Notes: generated by a model from the letters alone, not told the origin. Counted from the first letter of the whole stretch, positions 1 to 13,260 are shown. The stretch: 63,148 nucleotides of DNA, filler included, from Conidiobolus incongruus B7586 (GCA_000697335.1; 31 parts of 31 records of this genome joined end to end with filler, not necessarily neighbours in it), one strand, 5' to 3'. Made by a program: numbers and translations.

Positions 1-82
1 TGTAAAATAAAAGGTTTTCTTAAATTATATTAAGAATATTAACTAGAAATAATATTATTTAAAAAAGTAATATAAAGTTTAC
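1..82 (-). mobile_element. Fragment of degenerate mariner (DD34D) element
   Basis: Matches the mariner copy at ~35510-35592 (ggttttctcaaattatatt...aaaagtaata...aagtttacta). It is followed directly by a Tc1 element at a TA site. Confidence 0.6.
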
Positions 83-84
83 TA

Positions 85-1658
85 TACTAACTTATAAAAA
101 TAAGTTATAAAATCAAAAATATATATATATTTTAATTAATAACTAAAATAATTATAGATATAAAATTAACTGAAACTATAATATAAAATTAAGGTATATT
201 ATTTGATAATAAATAAATATATTTAGATATATTTAATAAGCTATTGGCAAAAATATTAACCTTTAATATTCAACTAAAATAAGTTATAAATTTGTGTATT
301 TTTAAGATAAAGGAATATATTTAATAATATATAACCATATCTTTTTTCTTTCTTTGTTATTATTTTATATAATATTTTATAGATATAGTTAATTTTTTAT
401 ATTAATATTATTTTATTTAAATCCCTTTTTAAAAAAATTTATTTATATATTAATTTACTTAATAAAAAAACTAAATCAACTTATAATGTTATTAGAATTA
501 TTAGTGTTAGTTAGTTTACTATAGTTAAAGTTGTTAGGAATAACAATAAAAACATATTTAAATTTAAACTTAAGTATATTAAAGTCATAAATAAATATGA
601 TAAGAAATATATTTATAGGTTAGTTAATATAAGCAAATTTAGTATTATTGTAGAAATATAACAAAAACTATAAAACTATATAAAAATATTAGTTAATATT
701 AATACTATTATATATGTTTTATATTAATATAGATATTACTCACATTATAAGAAAAAACACCTTCAATTAAAAAAACCTTATTATAAAATTAAATTGGAAT
801 TTAAATATTATTAATGATATTAAATTAAAACTAATTAGAGTAAGGTTATTTAATTTAATGAAACAAAAATATATTTTAATAGATTTAATAAAAAAGCTAG
901 ATATTTTAAAAAAGATATAGAATTACTTTATGACTATTATGTTAATTTTACTTAAAAGTACAATGATAAGTTAATTATTATTTAAGGATATATTTTATCT
1001 TTAAATATAAAATATTTTTGTAAAGTTAATAGGGGAATTAATATTAAACTATACTAAAATATCTTAAATAATAAATTAAAAAAAATTATTAAATAATATA
1101 GGTTAAACAAATCTAATATTATTTTTTAATAATATAATACCTTTTGTTATATTATAACTTTTATTATCAAATAGCTTAAAAATAACAAGATATTAGTTAT
1201 AAAGTGGTTTTTTTAATTTCTTAACCTTAACCTAATTAAATACCTTTAGGATTAGTTAAAAAAAGTTATTAAAGCTTTCCCTTTAACAAAAAATTTAAAT
1301 TAGCTTTAAAAATATATATAAAAAGTATAGAATAAGATTAACCCTTTTTAATATAAAAAGTTAGTTGATTTTATACCCCATAAATTTAAAGAAGTTAGAA
1401 AAGTTAAAGGTAGATACACTAAGTTTTAATTTTTTTTATCACCAAAAACCTATAAATTTATAACTTATTTTAGGTAAAATTTAATAATTTATATTTTAAC
1501 CAATTAATAACTAAATACCATTATTTAATGATATATACTATTAATAAATATAATAGATTTTAACTATTTAATTTAAGTTTATTTCATTAAATATTAATTA
1601 AGTTATTAGTAAAAATATTAGTGTTTTTGATTTTATGACTTATTTTTATAGGTTAGTA
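85..1658 (+). mobile_element. Full-length degenerate Tc1 (DD34E) transposon, subfamily 1, with IR/DR ends
   Basis: TIRs tactaacttataaaaataagttataaaatcaaaaa / tttttgattttatgacttatttttataggttagta, flanked by TA. Transition-mutated motifs VIWSDETKI (~845-871), KWPPQSPDLNPIEHLW (~1202-1249) and C-terminal KGGYTKF*. Confidence 0.93.
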
Positions 1659-1949
1659 TATATTTTATTTAAAAAAAATATTTATAAGTTTTGTTATTTA
1701 TATTATTTTTATTTATAAATTTATAAATTAAATACTTTTTCTAATTAAATTTTGAATTTAAGTATATCAAAAAAAATTAATAAAATATATTGAAATATGA
1801 TTAATTATTATTAAGTAATATATTTAAATAATATATTTTAATTATAATTAATTATAATAAGAGTTATACAAATTAAATATAAATATACAAATGACTCTAT
1901 TTTAAAATATATTTTCAAAACTAATTTAAAATTAAATTTATATAATATT

Positions 1950-2049
1950 NNNNNNNNNNNNNNNNNNNNNNNNNNNNNNNNNNNNNNNNNNNNTTAATTA
2001 ATTAANNNNNNNNNNNNNNNNNNNNNNNNNNNNNNNNNNNNNNNNNNNN
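1950..2049. other. Artificial contig-joining spacer (44 N + TTAATTAATTAA + 44 N), first of 30
   Basis: Identical 100-bp blocks start at 1950, 5458, 14228, 15511, 16814, 17915, 19850, 21360, 23743, 25159, 28513, 29833, 31355, 33090, 35071, 36538, 38396, 40130, 45329, 46566, 47836, 49467, 51310, 53260, 54625, 55936, 57925, 59580, 60737 and 61914. TTAATTAATTAA places a stop in all six frames. Confidence 0.98.
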
Positions 2050-5000
2050 AATTTATAATTAAATAAATTATATAGAAATATATATATGAATTTAAAAAAT
2101 TATTTTAAATACTCCCTTAGTAAATTTTTTAGTAAAGACATACTCTTTAAATTTTTATAAATAGGTATAATAAATAAAAATATTTTTAATATTCTCTAAG
2201 GATTCTTATATAACTTCTTTAATAGGATAATTTATTTATTTTATATATAAATAAAGCTTATTCCTAATAGATATAAATCTAACTATATAATTAATATAAT
2301 ATTTTTTTCTCTATTTTAATTAATAATTAAATTTTATTTTTCAGGTTTTGAATTGATTAGAAAAATATTAATATCTTTAAAATAAGGTTTGATTTTAGAT
2401 ATATTAAAAATAAAATTAATCCTCAAAATTAAAGTTAATTCTAAGATAATATTTTGAAAATTCAAATTAATAGATTAAATTTTATTAGGATTATAATAGA
2501 ATAGTAGATATTTTAGATTTAAGCTAGATTTAAATAAGATAAGTTTAAAGGTTAATTATTGTAAGTATATAAACATATTAGTTTTATATTTAAAAAGATT
2601 TTTAGATAACTTTAAATACTATAATTCTATAATACTTTAGTTTTCTTCTAAGTTAAATTTAACAAAGGAATTAATATATTTGATATTAGATTAAAATTCA
2701 ATATTATTTAAAGATAAGTTAATTTAAAATTTTAAAGCAATTGTAAATTATGATATTTATTATAATTGATAGAATAAAGGCTAAAACTTGTTAATTTATT
2801 AATCAAGGTATTGAATAAATAGTAAAGTTAATAAATAAAAGTATTTTAATTTAACTGATTAATATTGATATAACCTTTAATCATTTGCTTTAAAGTTTTA
2901 AAAAATTTTTCAATAAGTTTATTAATTTAGTGATAATTAGTAATAAACATAGTTAAATTAACCTTAAGGGAAAAAATAGTAACTTTTAAAATTAAAAGTT
3001 AAATCACATATTTCTGTTAGATATAATACTGTATAGAACTTTAAAATAAGCAAAGATATTAAAAAGTAATAGTTATATAATATTTTTAACTATATAAGCT
3101 TTAAAATAAAGAATAATATAAATATATTTAAAAAATATATTGGTTATAATTAATAAGTTAATATAACTATTTGTTTATTTAAGAATTTCTATATAATCAA
3201 ATTAGATTTGTTACTAAGTTTTATTAAAAACTTATAAGGGAAAAAGTCTACCATATTTTAATTACGAATTATATTCTATTCCCTAGTATATATCACAAAT
3301 ATTACTATATTTCTAAATTAATATAATTAAAGAAAATCAGTAATACTTGATTTTAATTTTGTTAAAAATTATTAATTTTGATATCTTTTAATAAATTAAC
3401 TAAAATATTTATTGAATATTATTTATTAAATTTTTAGAATATTAAAGACATATAAATAAATATTATAATATAATAAATTATCAATAATTTTAAATCTCTT
3501 ATTATTTTTTAATTTGTTTTCTAATAGTTTAAAGGGTTTTTCTTTAACTAAAATAAAAAAATTATTATTTAGTAAAATTTTTTAAAATAATTTAATAAAT
3601 TGTTTTTTTTTTCTTTAATAATCATTAAGTTAATATTTACTAGGTTTTTATAATTAAAATAAAAGGATAAATATGTAAGATTTTTTAACAAAGTATTTAT
3701 AACATAATTTTATTATCCTAAAAGATATTAAATAAAGAAAAATTAAGCTTAGATAAGTTTAATATATTTAACTTCTCTTTTTAATAAATATTTTTTATTA
3801 TTTAAGTAAATAAGTAGTTTATAATATATAAGAATTAAAAAAATTATAAGATAAAAAAAATAAATGATTTTTAATTATTTTTATTAAAGTTAAAAGTTTT
3901 TATTTATAAACTAGGTATTTTAGTTTAGTTAGTTTTATTTTTTTAACTAAAAAATTATTAGTTTTAAGATAATATTTATAAAGTTAAACTCAATTTATTC
4001 TTCTTTATTCATTATTTTATTTTATACTTAAAAGGTAAAATATAAATTAAAATCTAATTAAGCTAATTATTTACTAATTATAAAAAAATTAAAGTTAATA
4101 AAAATAATAATAGGTAAGATAAGATAAAAATTAAATAATTTAAAAGCATTAATAATATAAAAAATTAAAACATTTATACAAAAAAATATATAATAGGGTA
4201 TGTTAATAAAAAGAGTTTATTTTTAAGAGATTAGTTAGAAAAGTTATAAATTATAAAAAAAAAATAAATGAAATTTTTAAAATATTATAATAATTTAAAT
4301 ATAAACATAAGTTAATCTTTATTTATAAATATAATAAAAGCTTTTACATTATTGAGTTTAGTTAGATAAATGTTAATTCTTTAAAACAAATAATATAATT
4401 ATAAAAGGTGATAAAAAAAACCTTAAAAATATATTTTGATAGTTTTAAAAATGATTTATATTCTTAAGTAATTTGTAAGATTTAATTAACATATTAAATA
4501 TATTCTCCTTTAATTATTAAATGGAATAAAGTATTATCAAGGTAATTAATAATAAAGTTATTAAAGATAAAGTTAAAAAGAGAATTGATGAATTAAATGA
4601 ATATTATAAAAATATTAAACAAATTAAAGTTTATAACAATAAATTTATAATAGCTTAATAGAATATTAAAAGTAATTAAAAAAATAGAATTTTTCTTAAC
4701 ATTAATATTATAATAATTATTTTTAATATTTATTTTAGTGTATATAGTTGATTTATGCAATTTATCATTAATATTATATAGGTTTAGTAATAAAGTTTTA
4801 TCTTTAATAGTTTTAAAATTGAAAATAAAATTATTAATATATAATTTTTAACTATTATTAGCTTTTTTGTATAAAGAAAAATAAAGATTTCTATGGTGAG
4901 GAAATAAGTTTAATATATTTATTTTCAAATAATTTTTAGATTTCTTTTTTCAAAGTTAGATATTATTTAAGAAATAAATGGTAAATAAATTTTAAATATA

Positions 5001-5457
5001 ATTGTATACTTAAAAAAAGTTTGATTATGTGTTTAATATTATATTTAAAAGGTAATTTACTTATAAGTATAAAAATATTAATAGATTAACTAATTATATT
5101 ATATGAAAAGTAATTACTAATTATAATTTTCATTGAAATTAATAAATAAAATATTAATAGATAAATAATAAACTAATAGTTATTTTTATAAATTATTAAG
5201 GTTTTTAATTAGTTTTTTAAATTGATTTTTGCTTATAGCAATATAATTATTTAATACAATTATAAAGTTAGTATTAAGTAGAGTATTTAGTGGTTTTATA
5301 ATAAGATAATATAAATTTTTTAAGATTAATTCTACTAATTTCGTTTAAAATATAAAAAAAATAGAACTGTAATATTCTAAAGTAATACTTATAAATTAAA
5401 TATTATAATATTCAGATTAATTTTAACCTAATATAAAATTATTATTTATATTATCAA
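2050..5457 (-). mobile_element. Degenerate Ty3/gypsy (chromovirus) pol: RT-RNase H-integrase-chromodomain
   Basis: Minus-strand reading with transitions reverted: LPPKRDIEHTIEL.PG..P..KPIY (~4981-5060), SSPW.SP, RLCID, TAFNTPLGHYEF.VM.FGLSNAP and YLDD (TAC CTT GAT AAT at 4533-4544). Integrase HFGVP.SIISDRD.RF.SQFW and HQTNGL.E.F..TLKQM..STGFSP (~2760-3060). Chromodomain KW..YP.EE.TWE.LEN (~2185-2300). Confidence 0.88.
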
Positions 5458-7990
5458 NNNNNNNNNNNNNNNNNNNNNNNNNNNNNNNNNNNNNNNNNNN
5501 NTTAATTAATTAANNNNNNNNNNNNNNNNNNNNNNNNNNNNNNNNNNNNNNNNNNNNTACTTTAGTTAATAAAAAATAATGATCAAAATATATCAATATT
5601 AAAATCATCTATTTTGATTTTATATGATTTGATTAATATTGGTCAAAATATATTAAAAAATATATTATTTCAATATATTTTTTCAAAAAAATTTGATCGA
5701 AATATTTTAAAAATATTGAAAAATAATTATATTATTTAAAATCATAATATTTTATAAATATTTCAAAATATGTTTAAAATAAATAATTTAATAAAATCTA
5801 AAAAATATAAACTATTTAACTATATTTTTTCCATATAAATAATAAATATATTAAAAGAATATTTAAAAAAAACTATTGAAATTATTAAACGTAAAATACT
5901 AATTTTAATAAAAAAGAGCCATTAGTTAGATATAATATATTTATCCAATATATAGCAAAAATTATTTACACGACATAAAAATATTGAAATAATATAGTTG
6001 ATTAATTATATATATCATATTCAAAAAATTAATTTAAATTCTGATTTTAAATTAAAAATATATAATTATAAAAATATTAGCTTATTTGGGGTTATAATAT
6101 ATTATTATAATTTTAATGATTACAATCAAACAATAAGTTAAATATATACTATATCAAGATATATTTTCAAATCTACTCAATTTTAATTATAAATAATTTA
6201 GGTAATAATAATCAAAATATATATAGTTAAATGTTTATATCAAATATATTAAAAAGTTATCAAAAAGTAATATAAACTAAGCTTTAAAATTTCTAAATTA
6301 TTTTAATATTTTATATAAATATCTATACAGAATTATATTTAATTAAATAACAGGAATATTCATATAGTTATAAGATTATAATTATATCCAAAAATAAATA
6401 ATTAAATTTTCCAAATAAAGAGTCTAGATTCAACATATAATTTTTGATTTTTTGAATTAATATATATCAAAAGCAAGATATAAATGTTATTTGCTTAATA
6501 CAAAGTAAGAGCGATCTATTTCTTATATTAAAATTAATAATAGTATGAATTTATCTGATTATATAAAGAAATAGTGTTTTACGGTTTATTGAATAAAGTG
6601 TATAAACGATATCAAAAAATTACCTAACCAATCTATGTAGATATTTTGATGAAACATGGCAATTGACAATTTGACAAATTACCATTTCTGAGAGCAAATA
6701 ATAATATAAAATAAATTAGACCATTTATATATTGATAAATTTTACATTAAGTAAATATTATATGGATTATCAGTTTGTGCTAAATAATTATATACTATGC
6801 TCAAAATAATTATCAATGTTTCCATATATGCGAAATTTATTTCAAAAATTATTATTGAAAAAATCTACAAAAGTTCGTATTTGTATTAGAAGGATAAAAG
6901 ACTGGAAAAATTCGTCTATTTTTTAAACAATTAAAGAATATTCAGGAATTGTTTCAATTTGTTAAATTGGCATAAAGAGAAATTAAAATTATTTGAAGTT
7001 AAAAATATCATATTATATGATCTCAAGTAATATATTATAACATTTATTATGGACAAATTTTTTTAGCAATAAAAATTTCAATTGGTCCGAAAAATAATTA
7101 TTCTAAAAAATTGAAATGGATCTAAAATTATTACTTGTCCTAGATTCATAAGCTTGATATGGTTAGAATATATTTAACTGATCGTTGGTAGTATATTGTA
7201 TAATGAATTGATTTCCAGTACGTAATACACAATATATTGACAGATGACAATTATTTTTTCAAATACAGTTAAAATATGCATATTTTATAGTTTAAAATGT
7301 TGATATTTATAAAAACTTTGGATATCAAAAATACTTTTTATGTAAATTTATAGTAATTAATTTAAAAAAAGCTTTTTTCTAATATCGAGAATTCGATTAT
7401 TCAAATAATTAAATAATTAATGAATAACAATTTTCTAGATAAAAATATAATTTTAAATGAATAATAAACTTTGTGGTCTAATGAGATATGATTCAATGTT
7501 ACTTATATATAAAGTTAAAAACTCTGTATAATATAGTTTAGAGTAGTTAAATATTTTAAAGGCTTTGAAATTATGTACACCAATTTTATTTTTAACAATT
7601 CAAAACCTAACAAGTTATGTATTTTATCATTCAATAAAATTTATACAATGTAGTGGATAATTTCGATAATTAGCCAAATTTAATGAAACTTGAAATCAAA
7701 ATGGATCATTTAATAATATAATCAAATTTAGATAATATTATCTGGCCATATGTGCAAGTACTAAGAAGAAAAGAATACCAATTAATTAAATGTGGGTTAA
7801 AGAAGAAGTCCAAATATTAGTAGAGAAGTGATCGGACTGAACTTAAATTGCAAATCATAAGTTATATCTGTTTTTTCAATTCCAGATTTTAAGTTGCACT
7901 AAATAAATGAATTAAAAATTTAATTAATTTGGCATATTAAATCTAGTTGAAAATAATAGAATATAACAACATATTCTTCAAATGAATCCC

Positions 7991-7998
7991 TATATAAA
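7991..7998 (+). promoter_or_regulatory. Candidate TATA box of protease gene 1
   Basis: TATATAAA lies ~60 bp upstream of ATG 8059. The paralog has TATAAAT at the same distance. Confidence 0.45.
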
Positions 7999-8058
7999 CA
8001 GTTATATTTGACAGAGTTATATCATCAAATCATTCTCGATTTATTATTTATTTATACA

Positions 8059-8899
8059 ATGCTTTCAAATTTGATCGTACTTGCTGTTTGCTTTTTGTCT
8101 TTGAACGCTGAGTCAGAAATTGAGGGGCGTATTATTAATGGAAGCGAAGCTCAACCATTTGCTTATCCATTCGTAGTTTCGCTCCAAGCTAATGGTCGTC
8201 ACTTCTGTGGGGGTTCATTACTAGATTCACGCACTGTCCTCACTGCTGCCCACTGTACCAATATCTATCCAAACAATCAAGTTACCGTGAATGTTAGACG
8301 TCATGATTTATCTAGGCAAGCATCCCAAGAAGGAGGACAATCAATTAGAATCACTAGACAAACACGCCACCCATCTTACAATGGCCAAACATTGGTTAAC
8401 GATGTTGCTATTTGGAAATTGGCTAGCCCTGTTTCAGCTCAAGTCTCTTATGTAACATTGGATGATGGATCACTTTCAAACCGAGTTGGTCTTCAAGCTG
8501 AGGCCATCGGTTGGGGACGCTATGATCCTTATACCACTGCTATGCCATCCCGTCTCCAGCGCACTGTCTTGCCAATTTTTGATACCCAACAATGTACTAG
8601 AGGATATGGATTCAATATCTCACCTCAGGCCCAAGTATGTGCTGGATATGCTCAGGGCATCACCTCTGTGTGTGAAGGAGATTCCGGAGGTCCTTTATTC
8701 GTCAGATCTGGTAATCAAGTCATTCAAATTGGTGTTGCTAGTTTTGTCAAAAACAGACAATGCTTGAACACTTATGCTCCATCGGTAAGCCAAATGAATA
8801 TGATTTGCTAAAAATATTTTGATACTAATTTTTAAATAGGTATTTGCTAGAGTTGCAAACTATAGATCTTGGATTGCCGACCAACAAAGACGATTCTAA
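8059..8899 (+). CDS. Secreted S1A (chymotrypsin-family) serine protease, elastase-like, 261 aa; exons 8059-8784 and 8840-8899
   Basis: Signal peptide MLSNLIVLAVCFLSLNA, activation site EGR|IING, motifs TAAHC, NDVAI and GDSGGP. A 55-bp GTAAGC...TACTAAT...TAG intron restores the C-terminus PS|VFARVANYRSWIADQQRRF*. Confidence 0.96.
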
Positions 8900-10573
8900 A
8901 ATAATTTTGACCAAATATAACTAAATGTTACCATTTAATGAAGCTTAATTTGTTTTATTATTTATTTATATTTGAAAAATTTTATCTAATAAAAAGGGTA
9001 TCGATTTGATATTTTAAATACTATAATATAATAGAATTTTAAATTAATTAAAGAATATAATAACTATCGAATAACTGATCATTAAGTTTTTTATAAATTT
9101 GAAAAATATATTGTTTAGGAAATTTAATCAATATATTACCCGATATTGGAAAAATGATATTCAATTGAATATTTGGAGATTAGAATATACATTTTTTAAT
9201 GGTTTAATCTCATTATTCACTATAATACTCTAAAAGTCCATAACCAGAATTTGTTATTTACTTATTTAATATTTATTCTTTGATAATTATATTCTTCAAA
9301 AAAATTAAACCTTAATTTTAGGGTCCAATTTAATCAAATATTTGTTATTTAGCTATTATCATTTAGTATTTTATAAAAGCTACTCTCAGTTTTGACATAG
9401 GTTATCATTTTTCTATTAAAAAACAACTTGGAAAAATATTGGAATTTATAAGTTTTATAATTATAATACCGCTTGATATAATTAAAAATCCAGGTTCAAC
9501 AACAGTAGCAAATAAATGAAAATCAATTATTAAATGGTAATGCCATCTTTTATATTGTGATATTATTAATTAAAAAGTATTGATCAATTATATATGTATA
9601 TTGTGATTTATTTATTTATTTTTCAAATTTACAGTAATTTAACAAAACGAAAAATTAAATATTTTTATATATAATATGGCTGTCATTTTGATAGATGTAA
9701 ATATTTTGAAAAATTGGTAATGATTTCAATATGCTTTGCTACTTTTGAAAAAACTATAAACCAAATATATTGTGAATAAAATGCCAATTTACCTACTATC
9801 TTTGAAAGCTATAAAAATGAAAATTAATCAAAAGATGCATGGTTACACATTATTGTGTTTTTCAATCATGTTACAATTATAAATTATCTATGATAAAAAT
9901 TGAATTAATAAAATATAAAATAGATTTTGGTTCAATTATAATCATTACCAGATTAATATATTGTTTTTGATTTTAACTTTTAAATAATAAAACATTGGAA
10001 ACAATGATATACATCTTCTTGATTATCATATTAATGTTTTCAAATTGAAATTTTTTCATATACTTGGAATCTTATTCGAGTATTAAATATTTATATTTTA
10101 ATGAAAAATTCATGCAATATGATTATACAGATTAGCATATAATCACTTTTATATTATTATTATATAAGTTAATATTAGTCATTACATATTTAGGACTCCA
10201 TAATATAGTTATTATATCATAGAATATGATAAATAGCTATTGTATTCGAATATAAAATTTTTTATCCATCATTGTGGAACCATTAAACAATAATTAATGA
10301 AAATATTTACTTAAACTATAAGCAGTGGATTATAAACCGTTCTTTAATCCAGTAGTAATAATATAATATTTATTGTTTGATTAAAAATTTTTATGTTACA
10401 TGTTAAGTATTAGCTTACAATGAATACAATAGATTACTAAGAGAAGTATTCATTATAATATAAATAACCAAATAATTTGAGTCTGGATTGAAACATTTTT
10501 GATAATATATTTATTAATAAATTGAAATTAATATATGTTAAATATCAATTGATCGAAAACCATTACAAGAAAT

Positions 10574-10909
10574 TGTGATTCTACCTTTTACTAGTTGAAA
10601 GTTGCTAATAAGGAGGAGAACGACTTGCTCGTGGTTTGTTTGATAGGTTGGATTAAGCTGCTTTATTAGGATTTATTAAGAGTTTAATGGGCTTCACAGA
10701 AGACTGGAAGTGATGATGAAAATGTAGTTCGACAAAGGATCTTTTATAGTCAATTTGTCAGTCGCAGATAGTGAAAAGAAGTGTATTAGCTCTTGAGAAA
10801 GATGAGACCCTAAAATGATGTGATGGGTATTCTGAGGCTATATCTCCACAAGGTAATAGATGGTGAGATGAAGTTGGTCGGCCGGGTTACTATCTTAGTT
10901 AGCACAACA
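10574..10909 (-). mobile_element. Putative solo LTR (336 bp) between the protease genes
   Basis: GC-richer island. The minus strand starts TGTTG and ends ATCACA, with internal TATAAAAG (10741-10748) and AATAAA (10662-10667). Flanks are aaat/taat (imperfect 4-bp TSD). It is homologous over its full length to 22553-22888. Confidence 0.6.
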
Positions 10910-11073
10910 TAATCAATTTATAATAATTACAAATTAAATAAATTTTTTCATCAATAACATTGATATATTAATTGGATACTGGAAAATGAAATAATGATAA
11001 AGGCACTTATTAAATAATTTATTAAATCCGATTAAAACTGAATACACATAATGATGTGAATGATTTGAAGAAT

Positions 11074-11912
11074 TTATGGCCTTCTTTGTTGATCCTGAAT
11101 CCAAGCTCTATAATTGGCAACTCTAGCAAATACCTAATTCAAAATGATTAATATGAAAAATTCAGATTAGAGTGAGATGAACTTACTGATGGAGCATAAG
11201 CATTCAAACATTGTTTGTTTTTGACAAAACTAGCAACACCAATTTGAATGACTTGATTACCAGATCTGACGAATAAAGGACCTCCGGAATCTCCTTCACA
11301 CACAGAGGTGATGCCCTGAGCATATCCGGCACATACTTGGGCCTGAGGTGAGATATTGAACCCATATCCGCTAGAGCATTGTTGGGTGTCAAAGATGGGC
11401 AAGACTGTACGCTGAAGACGAGATGGTAAAGCAGTAGTGTAAGGATCATAGCGTCCCCAACCAATAGCTTCAGCTTGGAGACCAACTCGGTTTGCGAGAG
11501 ATCCATCATCCAATGTTACATAGGAAACTTGAGCAGTTACGGGACTTGCCAACTTCCAAATTGCTACATCATTATTCAATGTCTGGTCGTTGTATTGTGG
11601 ATGACGAGTCTGTCTAGTGACTCTAATAGCTTGTCCTCCTTCCTGAGATGCTGGTCTTGATAAATCATGACGTCTAACATTAACAGTGACTTGACTATTT
11701 TGATACAAACTAGTACAGTGAGCAGCAGTGAGGACTGTGCGAGAATCCAAGAGAGAACCACCACAGAAGTGCTGACCATTAACTTGAAGAGATACAACGA
11801 ATGGATAAGCAAAGGGTTGAGCTTCACTTCCATTGATTATACGGCCTTCGGGAGTGGGACTGGCAGCCAAAGTTACGATAGTAGTGGCGAGCAAGATTAA
11901 ATTGCTAAGCAT
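11074..11912 (-). CDS. Secreted S1A serine protease paralog, elastase-like, 261 aa; exons 11912-11187 and 11133-11074
   Basis: Signal peptide, PEGR|IING and the catalytic triad motifs are present. A 53-bp GTAAGT...TAG intron sits at the same position as in gene 1, giving C-terminus VFARVANYRAWIQDQQRRP*. Confidence 0.96.
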
Positions 11913-11970
11913 TGCAGTAAATATTTATTCTAGTTGATTGGATAATTTTTCATTTAGTTGTTTAAATGAT

Positions 11971-11977
11971 ATTTATA
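11971..11977 (-). promoter_or_regulatory. Candidate TATA box of protease gene 2
   Basis: TATAAAT on the minus strand ~59 bp upstream of ATG 11912. Confidence 0.4.
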
Positions 11978-13238
11978 CTTTAAATTTTACATATTAAAAA
12001 TTAATTAAGTCCGAGATATATCAATTATTCAATTAATTTTTAATTAATTACTCATATGATCAGTGAAATATAATATCTAGTATTTCATAAACGATTAAGC
12101 TCCATATGGCTTTATGGCATCTTTGCAGAGTAAGATATCTGGTTTCTTACATAATCAATTATTTCGGAAGTATATTCAACGATATTCACGATTATAATAG
12201 GATAAAATTATAAATCAGTGATAGTTAATTAAACAAATTAATTTATTCATTAAAAAACATGTCTAATATATATTTGCACTATCACATGGTTACAAATTTT
12301 GTTTACACAATTTAATTATTAGTGATACAATAAAAATTTATAATCTCGATCATTAGTTATTATTTAAATTTTTGATAATTAAATTTAGAGCTAATAATTA
12401 CCTTTCACGGTTAATTATCAGCATTTACTTGTATAAACCCATATACTAGAATAATAATTTTAATTCTTATCAATAAATATTAATCAAAAAAAATAATGAA
12501 TAACTTGCTTTATTATAATAGATTTTAAAAAATCTTTTTAATTAATTATATTTTTTATATACATCTTTAATCAATAATACAATTTATATTTTAAACGACA
12601 AATAATTAATCATCCAATGTTTCTTAAAATGAATCTAAGGCTTTCTTTATATCACATGATATATTCATAAATCTTGATTTTTAAAAAACATTCAAAGTTG
12701 CAAATATCTTTAATACACTTATGTCAAAAAATTACTAAATATTAATTAATAGAATTCGAACTTTGAGATCATATTTCTATATATTGAATTATTTTTTATC
12801 CGATTTTTTACTTTTTAAATATATATTTAATTGAGAAATAATTGGCCAAATATTTAAAAAAAAATAAAAAATTAAGATTATGTTATTAAATTTGGTTTTT
12901 AAATATTTTATTAATAAAATTATCTTAATATATTGAATTTTTTGAAGTGAATTATGAAAAAAGATTTATACATAAATCAAAACAAGTTGAGTTATATAGA
13001 CTATAATATTTTTGATTATATAAGAAAATCCCGAAATTCCCCTTTTTTTATTAATTTTATATTCAAACACTATTTCAAATATAACTTGCATATACAATAT
13101 TAAATATTGATAAGACAAACTTGTTCATAATACACTATCCACAGGTTAAATACCATAAACATAGAATGATTTGATCAAATATGTAAAACATAGGCTATAT
13201 AAATTTTGAAAATAATTAATATATAGCTAACCATATAC

Positions 13239-13260
13239 ATATATATATATATATATATAT
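13239..13260. repeat. (AT)n microsatellite
   Basis: 11 perfect AT units. Confidence 0.85.

Noticed and set aside
1994..2005. Regularly recurring palindrome TTAATTAATTAA resembling a repeat array or CRISPR
   Set aside because: It is always centred in 88 Ns, so it is a synthetic six-frame-stop linker and not biological.
8008..8058. N-terminal extension from a TTG start in the ORF track
   Set aside because: The gene is eukaryotic. ATG 8059 matches the paralog start and begins the signal peptide.
8462..8767. 101-aa alternative-frame ORF, also present in the paralog (11204-11509)
   Set aside because: Shadow of the protease CDS. Its conservation follows from paralog identity and the conversion tract.
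11475..11900. Short ORFs 11475-11660, 11576-11833 and 11667-11900
   Set aside because: Antisense or off-frame shadows of protease gene 2.
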